Shown here: positions 57,908 through 64,000 of the stretch, in pieces
Numbering within the stretch: position 1 is the stretch's first letter
Layout: every line of letters starts with the position of its first letter
NCBI GenBank assembly: GCA_963776245.1
Contig: CAVZLN010000008.1
Location: forward strand, 1-64,000
Source: Candidatus Eiseniibacteriota bacterium
GTDB lineage: Bacteria > Eisenbacteria > RBG-16-71-46
Direction: 5' to 3'
Length of the DNA: 64,000 bases
Position numbers and translations under genes: made by a program
The notes under the pieces: model-generated
What the model was told of the DNA's origin: nothing
Databases searched by the model: none
What the model saw: the letters and a program-made list of their open reading frames with translations, nothing else

Positions 57908-58691
57908 GCGTCTCGGACGGCGGATCGCAGGTCCGACCGCTGTCCGCGCCGGGTGAGGCCGAGCGCCGGGCGCGCGACCGAAGCGGCGTCATCCTGCGCG
58001 TCGAACACCTCACGCGCCTCTATCAGGTCGGCGATTCCGAGGTGCGCGCGGTCGACGACATCTCGCTGGTGGTGCGCCGCGGCGAGTTCGTCGCGCTGAT
58101 GGGACCGTCGGGCTCGGGCAAGTCCACGCTGCTGAACCTGCTCGGCTGCCTCGACACGCCCACCTCGGGGCGCTACGTGCTCGACGGCGAGGCGGTGCAG
58201 GACCTCGGCGAGGACCGGCTCGCCGACGTGCGCCAGCGCCGCATCGGCTTCGTGTTCCAGGCCTATCACCTGGTGGCCGCGCATGACGGCGGCGCGCAAC
58301 GTCGAGCTGCCGATGATCTTCGCCGGGCTCGATCCCGCCGCCGCCGCGAGCGGGTGGCGCGGGCGCTCGACGCGGTCGGGCTCGGCCACCGCGCGCACCA
58401 CCGCCCGACGCAGCTCTCGGGCGGCGAGCGCCAGCGCGTCGCGATCGCGCGCGCGATCGTCAACCAGCCGGCGATCCTGCTGGCCGACGAGCCGACCGGC
58501 AACCTCGACACGCGCGCCGGCGGCGAGATCGTGGCGCTGCTCGAGCGGCTGAACCGCGACGGGCTCACGCTCGTGCTGGTGACCCACGATCCGGCCAGTC
58601 GGGCGCGCACGCGGGCCGCATCCTGCAGCATGCGCGACGGCCGCTCCTGGACGAGCGGCGCGACCGGCGGAGGCGGCGTCGCCGAGTGTAG
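57904..58691 (+). CDS. ABC transporter ATP-binding protein (MacB/LolD-like; frameshifts; end approximate)
   Basis: [38 protein letters not shown]. Confidence 0.92.
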
Positions 58692-59906
58692 GAACGACGA
58701 CCTGCTCGGCGCTGGCGCTCGAGTCGCCTGCGGCTCCACCGCCTGCGCACCGCGCTCACCGTCACCGGCATCCTCGTCGGCGTGACCGCGGTGATCCTGC
58801 TCACCGCGCTCGGCGAGGCGGCCAAGCGCTACGTGGTCCAGGAGTTCGCGGGCATCGGCACCAACCTGATCATGATCACGCCCGGGCGCACCGAGACCCA
58901 GGGCATCCCGGGCGCGACCGTCGGCGCGGTGCGCAACCTGACCATCGAGGACGCCGAGGCCGTCGCGCGCGAGGCGTCGGCGGTCGCAGCTGGTGGCGCC
59001 GCTCTCGCTCGGGCACGGCCGCCGTTCGAGTACGCGGGGCGCACGCGCGACGTCCGCGTCCTCGGCACCACGGCGGCCTACGCCCAGGTGCGCAACATGA
59101 CGCTGCTCACCGGCCGCTTCCTGCCGGCGGGCGACCCGCGCCGCGGCGAGCCGGTGGCGGTGATCGGGCGCACGCTCGCGCGCGAGGTGTTCGCGGGCGA
59201 GAACCCGCTCGGCGAGCCGGTGCGCATCGGCCGCTGGCGCTTCCGCGTCATCGGCGTGCTCGAAGGCGAAGGGCAGCGCCTGGGCCTCAACATCGACGAT
59301 GCCGCGCTCGTCCCGGTGGCGACCGCGCTGCGCATGTTCGACCAGCCGAGCCTGTTCCGCATCGCGCTCAAGGCGCACCGACGCGACCGCGGTGCCGCAG
59401 GCCGCCGAGCAGGCGCGACGGATCCTGACGCGACGGCACGACGACGAGGAGGACTTCACGATGATCACGCAGGACGCCATGCTCGCCACGTTCCGTGCGG
59501 TGATCGAGGCCCTCACCGCCGCGCTCGCGGGCATCGCCGCCATCTCGCTCGCGGTGGCCGGCATCGGGATCATGAACGTGATGCTGGTCTCGGTCTCGGA
59601 GCGCACCGGCGAGGTCGGACTGCTCAAGGCGCTCGGCGCGCGGCGGCGGCAGATCCTGCGGCTGTTCCTGGCCGAGGCGGTGCTGCTCTCGGGCGGCGGC
59701 GCGCTCGCGGGCATCGCGCTCGGGGTCGCGATCGTCTGTACGCGGCGGCGGGCCTCTGGCCCGACCTGTCCCGCTGCGCCCGAGCCCGGTGCTGGATCGG
59801 GCTGGTGACGGCGCTCGCGCTCGCGGCGGGCCTGGCGTTCGGGCTCATGCCCGCGCGCCGCGCCGCGCGTCTGCCGGCGGCCGAGGCGCTGCGGGGTCGC
59901 GCATGA
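58686..59906 (+). CDS. ABC transporter permease, MacB/FtsX type (frameshifts; start approximate)
   Basis: [65 protein letters not shown]. Confidence 0.88.
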
Positions 59907-61109
59907 GGCTGCGCCGACCTGCTCGCGCTCTCGCTCGAGGCGCTGCGCGGCCATCGCCTGCGCTACGCCCTCACCGCGCTGGCGGTCGCGGTGGGCATCG
60001 CCGCGGTGGTGCTGCTGTCCTCGATCGGCGAGGGCACCAAGCGCTTCATCGTCGGACAGCTCGCCCAGTTCGGCACCGACATCATCGCGGTCTACCCCGG
60101 CAAGACCGAGACCGGTGGCCTGCCCGGGCATGATGGGCGGCAGCATGCGCAAGCTCTCGCTCGACGACGCGCGCGCGATCGCGCGACTGCCCGGGCGTGG
60201 CCGGCGTGGTGCCCGACCGTGTCCGGCACCGCGGTGTGCGAGTACGGCGGGCGCTCGCGGCGCACCTACGTGTTCGGCGCGTCGCCGCAGGTCCCGGCGG
60301 TGTTCTCGATGAAGGTCGCGCAGGGCGAGTTCTTCCCGCCGATGGACTACGACCGCGCCGCGTCGGTGGCGGTGCTCGGCCCGCGGCTCAAGCGTGAGCT
60401 GTTCGGCGACGCCAACCCGCTCGGCGCGGCCATGCGGATCGGCCAGTGGCGCTTCCGCGTGGTCGGGGTGATGGAGTCGAAGGGGCAGATCCTCGGCTTC
60501 GACCTCGACGACTGCGTCTGGGTGCCGGTCGCCAGCGCGATGCGCCTGCTCAACCGCCCCGAGATCGACGAGCTGGACGTGCTCGCCGCCTCATCGGCCG
60601 AGATCGATCCGGTGGCCGAGCGCATCCGCCGCCTGCTGTTCGAGCGCCACGACCGCCGCGAGGACTTCACGCTCATGACCCAGAAGGAGGGCCAGGAGAT
60701 GGTGGGCCGCGTGCTCGACATCGTCACCATCGTCGTGACGAGCATCGCGGCCATCAGCCTGCTGGTCGGCGCCATCGGCATCCTGACCATCATGTGGATC
60801 GTGGTGCGCGAGCGCACCGCGGAGATCGGCCTGGTGAAGGCGCTCGGCGCGACCCAGGGGCAGATCCTGGTCTGGTACCTGTTCGAGGCCGGCGCCACCT
60901 CGCTCGCGGGCGGGGTGGCCGGACTGCTGGTGGGCGGCGGCGGCGCCTGGCTGCTGCGCGCGGCGGTGCCGGGGCTCGAGAGCTACACCTCTCCCGCCAC
61001 CGTGGCCTTGGCACTCGGGGTGGCGCTGGCGGTCGGGGTCGCTGCCGGGGTCGCGCCGGCGCTGCACGCGGCGCAGCTCGATCCGGTCGAGGCACTGCGC
61101 GGCGAATGA
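59903..61109 (+). CDS. Second ABC transporter permease, MacB/FtsX type (frameshifts near 5' end)
   Basis: ATGA overlap; [42 protein letters not shown]. Confidence 0.9.
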
Positions 61110-61178
61110 GTCCCGCGCCGCGCCGCCCGTCACGCGCGGGGTGCGGGCCGGACCCTCATGGCTTCGCGCCACGCGCGA

Positions 61179-63872
61179 TCACCGTGGCGGCGCCCATCCC
61201 TGATCCAGCGTGAGCGAGGTCCGGCCCTGGGCCTGCAACTGGCGGTCGACGAGGAACCGTTGCCCGTCGGCCGTGACGTCGTAATTGGCCTGCGACCCGC
61301 CCGGCTGGAGCTGCGCGCGGAAGAGCTGAACCGGGACGCCGATCTCCACCGTGGGCTCGGCCCGAAACGGGACCGCCATCACCTGGCGGTCCTGCACCAC
61401 GTAGAAGATCTCGCGGCCGTCCCCGCGCCACACGGGCGTCGCGCCTCCCGCGGTGGAGACGCGCCACTTCTCACCTCGCTGCGGGAAGCGTTGGACGTAG
61501 ACCTCGCTCTTCCCGGACTCGTCCGAGGCGAACGCGATCCACCGGCCGTCCCTCGACAGGCGTCCGGCCGCCTCGCCGGCCGAGGACGACGACCAGGGTG
61601 TCATCTTCCCATCGGCGAGCGAGAGCAGCATCAGGGAGCTGTTCCGGCCGATGTCCAGATCGCGACGCAGGAACACGAGCGTGCGGCCATCGGGCGTGCA
61701 GTCCGCCGGCCTCGTCACCTTGTCGCTCCGGAGCACGGTCTGTTCGGCTCCCTCCGCGCCGAGAGCCTGGCGGTGGATGTCGCCGCTCGCCTGTGCCCCG
61801 ACGGCGGACATCCAGTAGAGGTGGGAATCGTCCGGGGACCAGATCGGGGCGGTCTCGTTCAGCGGACTGGACGTCAGGCGGTCCCCGAGTCGGCGCGCGA
61901 CGTCGAAGATCCAGATGTCGCCCTGGTCGGTGACCAGGTCGCTGCGGTCCACCGCCACCCGCCGGCCGTCGTGCGACAGGCGCGGCGCGTAGTAGGAGCC
62001 GGGAGGCGAGAGCACACCGAGATCCTTGCCCGCGCGGTCCACCCAGGACAGTTCGGTGAACCCGGCAGTGTTCCCCTGCAGGTAGACCAGCCGGCCGTCG
62101 GGGGAGGCCGAGAACAGTCCACAGAACTTCGTCGGGTCGAGCGTGACACGGTCAGCCACCTGGATGGCGGCGCCCGAGAAACGCAGCCGTCCCGCGTCGA
62201 AGGCCTGGGCCCACAGGGCGCCGTCCCGCCAGAAGAACAGCCGGCCGGGCTTCGAGTAGATGGCGCTCGTGGCTCCCGGTAGCAGCAATCGCGGTTTCTC
62301 TCGGCGGTCGAGCGGCGCGGCGTACACGCCGTCCTTGACCCCGCGCCACACCGTTCCGCCGGCGGTGGTGAAGAGGAAGTGGCGGCCGCCGGGCAGCACG
62401 GCCGGCCACGCGAGCTCCCTCACGGTCGCGTTCCGCGAGGTGTCCACCAGGCAGGTGCTCTCGCCGCCGGTCGCCGCGACGCGCTGGACTCCCCCGCTGC
62501 GCGAGCCCACGTACAGGATGAAGCCGTCCCGGCTCCACGCGCCGCCGAGCGGCAGCAGCACCGGTGCCAGCGCCTGGGAGGAACCGCCCGAGAGGCTGAT
62601 GCGCCTGAGCTGCCCCTCCGCGAAGAAGCCGAGGTCGCGGCCGTCCGGCGACCAGAAGGGCGACTGGGCGCCTTCGGTGCCGGCCAGCGCGCGGGGCTCC
62701 GCCGCGTCCAGCGATCGCACCCAGATCGAGCTCACGCCGGTGGAGTCCTCGGCGACGAACGCGATCTGCCGGCCATCGGGCGAGAGTGCCATCGGGCCGG
62801 AAGCGATGCTGAACGACATCCGTGGCGGCGCGAGGATGGCGGAGACCACGCGGGCATCGGCGCCCGGTGACTTCGGGCGCAACACGTACCCCCCGCCAGC
62901 GGCGAGCAGCACCAGCAGCAGGGCCCACGGCAGCCACGGGCCCGCGAGCGCGCCCCGGCGCGGAAGGACCGCGCCGCTCCGGCCGGCGGCGGAGTCCGCC
63001 GCCACCGAGGCCAGCTCGAGACCGAGGTCGCGCGCACTCTGCCAGCGCTCGTCGGGGTCGCGGGCCAGGCACCGCGTCACCAGCCGTTCGAGCGCGGGCG
63101 GCGCGAGCGGCGCCAGCAGGCCGAGCGGACGCGGCGCGGCGTTCATGATCGCCCCGATCAGCGAGGCCTGGCTCTTCCCTTCGAACGCGCGGCGGCCGGT
63201 CGCCATCTCGTAGAGCACGCACCCCAGCGCCCAGATGTCGCTCCGGGCGTCGGCCTCCCCGCCCTCGAGCTGCTCCGGCGACATGTACTGGAAAGTCCCG
63301 ACGATGGTGCCCTCGGCCGTGAGCGGCGCCGCCACGGTCGGCGACTGCGTCATCGCCGCCTGAGTCACCCCCGACCCGCCGCCCGGACCCGCCAGCCCGG
63401 TCGCGCGCGCCAGGCCGAAGTCCATCAGCTTCGCGCCCGCCTTCGTGAGCATCACGTTCCCGGGCTTGAGGTCGCGATGGATCACTCCCGCCCGGTGCGC
63501 GCGGTCGAGCGCGTCGGCGATCTGCGCGCCGAGCTTCAGCACCTCCGCCGCCGGCAACGCGCCCTTCGTCAGCCGGCGCGCCAGCGTCTCCCCGTCCACC
63601 AGCTCCATCACCAGGTAGTCGGTCTCGCCCTCGCGCCCCACGTCGTGCAGCGTGCAGATGTGCGGGTGATTGAGCGAGGAGACCGTCTTCGCCTCGCGCT
63701 CGAAGCGCGCGCGCACCTCCGCGTTGGCCGACAGGTGCTGCGGTAGCACCTTGATCGCGACCTCGCGTCCCAGCCGCGGGTCGCGCGCGCGGTACACCTC
63801 GCCCATGCCGCCCGCGCCGAGCGGCGCGACGATCTCGTAGGGCCCGAGCCGGGTGCCGGGAGCGATCGTCAT
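61179..63872 (-). CDS. Hanks-type Ser/Thr protein kinase with TM helix and TolB/PD40-like beta-propeller
   Basis: LGAGGMGEVY, VAIKVL, HRDLKPGN, DFGLA, YMSPE; SPDG repeats. Confidence 0.96.
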   Translation of the reverse strand: MTIAPGTRLGPYEIVAPLGAGGMGEVYRARDPRLGREVAIKVLPQHLSANAEVRARFEREAKTVSSLNHPHICTLHDVGREGETDYLVMELVDGETLARRLTKGALPAAEVLKLGAQIADALDRAHRAGVIHRDLKPGNVMLTKAGAKLMDFGLARATGLAGPGGGSGVTQAAMTQSPTVAAPLTAEGTIVGTFQYMSPEQLEGGEADARSDIWALGCVLYEMATGRRAFEGKSQASLIGAIMNAAPRPLGLLAPLAPPALERLVTRCLARDPDERWQSARDLGLELASVAADSAAGRSGAVLPRRGALAGPWLPWALLLVLLAAGGGYVLRPKSPGADARVVSAILAPPRMSFSIASGPMALSPDGRQIAFVAEDSTGVSSIWVRSLDAAEPRALAGTEGAQSPFWSPDGRDLGFFAEGQLRRISLSGGSSQALAPVLLPLGGAWSRDGFILYVGSRSGGVQRVAATGGESTCLVDTSRNATVRELAWPAVLPGGRHFLFTTAGGTVWRGVKDGVYAAPLDRREKPRLLLPGATSAIYSKPGRLFFWRDGALWAQAFDAGRLRFSGAAIQVADRVTLDPTKFCGLFSASPDGRLVYLQGNTAGFTELSWVDRAGKDLGVLSPPGSYYAPRLSHDGRRVAVDRSDLVTDQGDIWIFDVARRLGDRLTSSPLNETAPIWSPDDSHLYWMSAVGAQASGDIHRQALGAEGAEQTVLRSDKVTRPADCTPDGRTLVFLRRDLDIGRNSSLMLLSLADGKMTPWSSSSAGEAAGRLSRDGRWIAFASDESGKSEVYVQRFPQRGEKWRVSTAGGATPVWRGDGREIFYVVQDRQVMAVPFRAEPTVEIGVPVQLFRAQLQPGGSQANYDVTADGQRFLVDRQLQAQGRTSLTLDQGWAPPR

Positions 63873-64000
63873 GGCTTGCGCAGCGCGGCTTGCCAGTTCT
63901 GGACGAGCGTGACCGTCTGCGGCGGGGCCTTCTCCGCCGGCAGGAGCGCAAGAACGCGACGGCCGTCCTGGGCAGGGTCCCACCACGTGGCTTCCGCGGG

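Noticed and set aside
61179..63872. Ser/Thr kinase-propeller and MacAB-like exporter as part of the novel system
   Set aside because: Common multi-copy families in such genomes; no shared promoter motif or operon link seen

Overview
Most of this window (~3.69-64 kb) is very GC-rich DNA from a diderm bacterium. Its gene content (PorV-family and FlgD-type C-terminal domains, Ser/Thr kinase-PD40 propeller, NTT-HEAT) suggests Candidatus Eisenbacteria or a relative, which is an inference. The first ~3.66 kb is compositionally different. It holds the 3' part and right 38-bp IR of a Tn3-family transposon, then an AT-richer stretch with a Nitrospira-like small secreted protein, joined abruptly to a truncated high-GC gene (possible chimeric contig or foreign insertion). 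From ~14 to 56 kb lies a large envelope/stress and phosphate-economy region. It contains an NtrC-family sigma54 activator, a hybrid histidine kinase, about ten sigma54-like (GG-N10-GC) promoters sharing a recurrent TTG(T/A)A(A/G) upstream motif at fixed distances, two OmpA-TSP3 paralogs, an ice-binding lipoprotein, a catalytically dead sortase, a C39/TPR/PA2779 module, and a polyphosphate cluster (Ppx, CHAD, two thymidylate-kinase-like proteins, SixA, PPK2). The best candidate for an undescribed system is a tightly packed 8-gene operon (54871->44015): POTRA-less Omp85 barrel, signal-peptide-bearing atypical (HipA/PI3K-like) kinase, lipoprotein metallophosphatase, two NTT/TLC nucleotide translocases (one HEAT-fused), a cNMP-binding protein, DUF47 and a PiT phosphate transporter. 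This suggests an extracytoplasmic phosphorylation cycle fed by nucleotide transport. The window ends with a MacAB-like ABC exporter and a Ser/Thr kinase. Several clusters of single-base frameshifts look like long-read sequencing errors. All calls come from manual reading and family motifs; no database searches were run.
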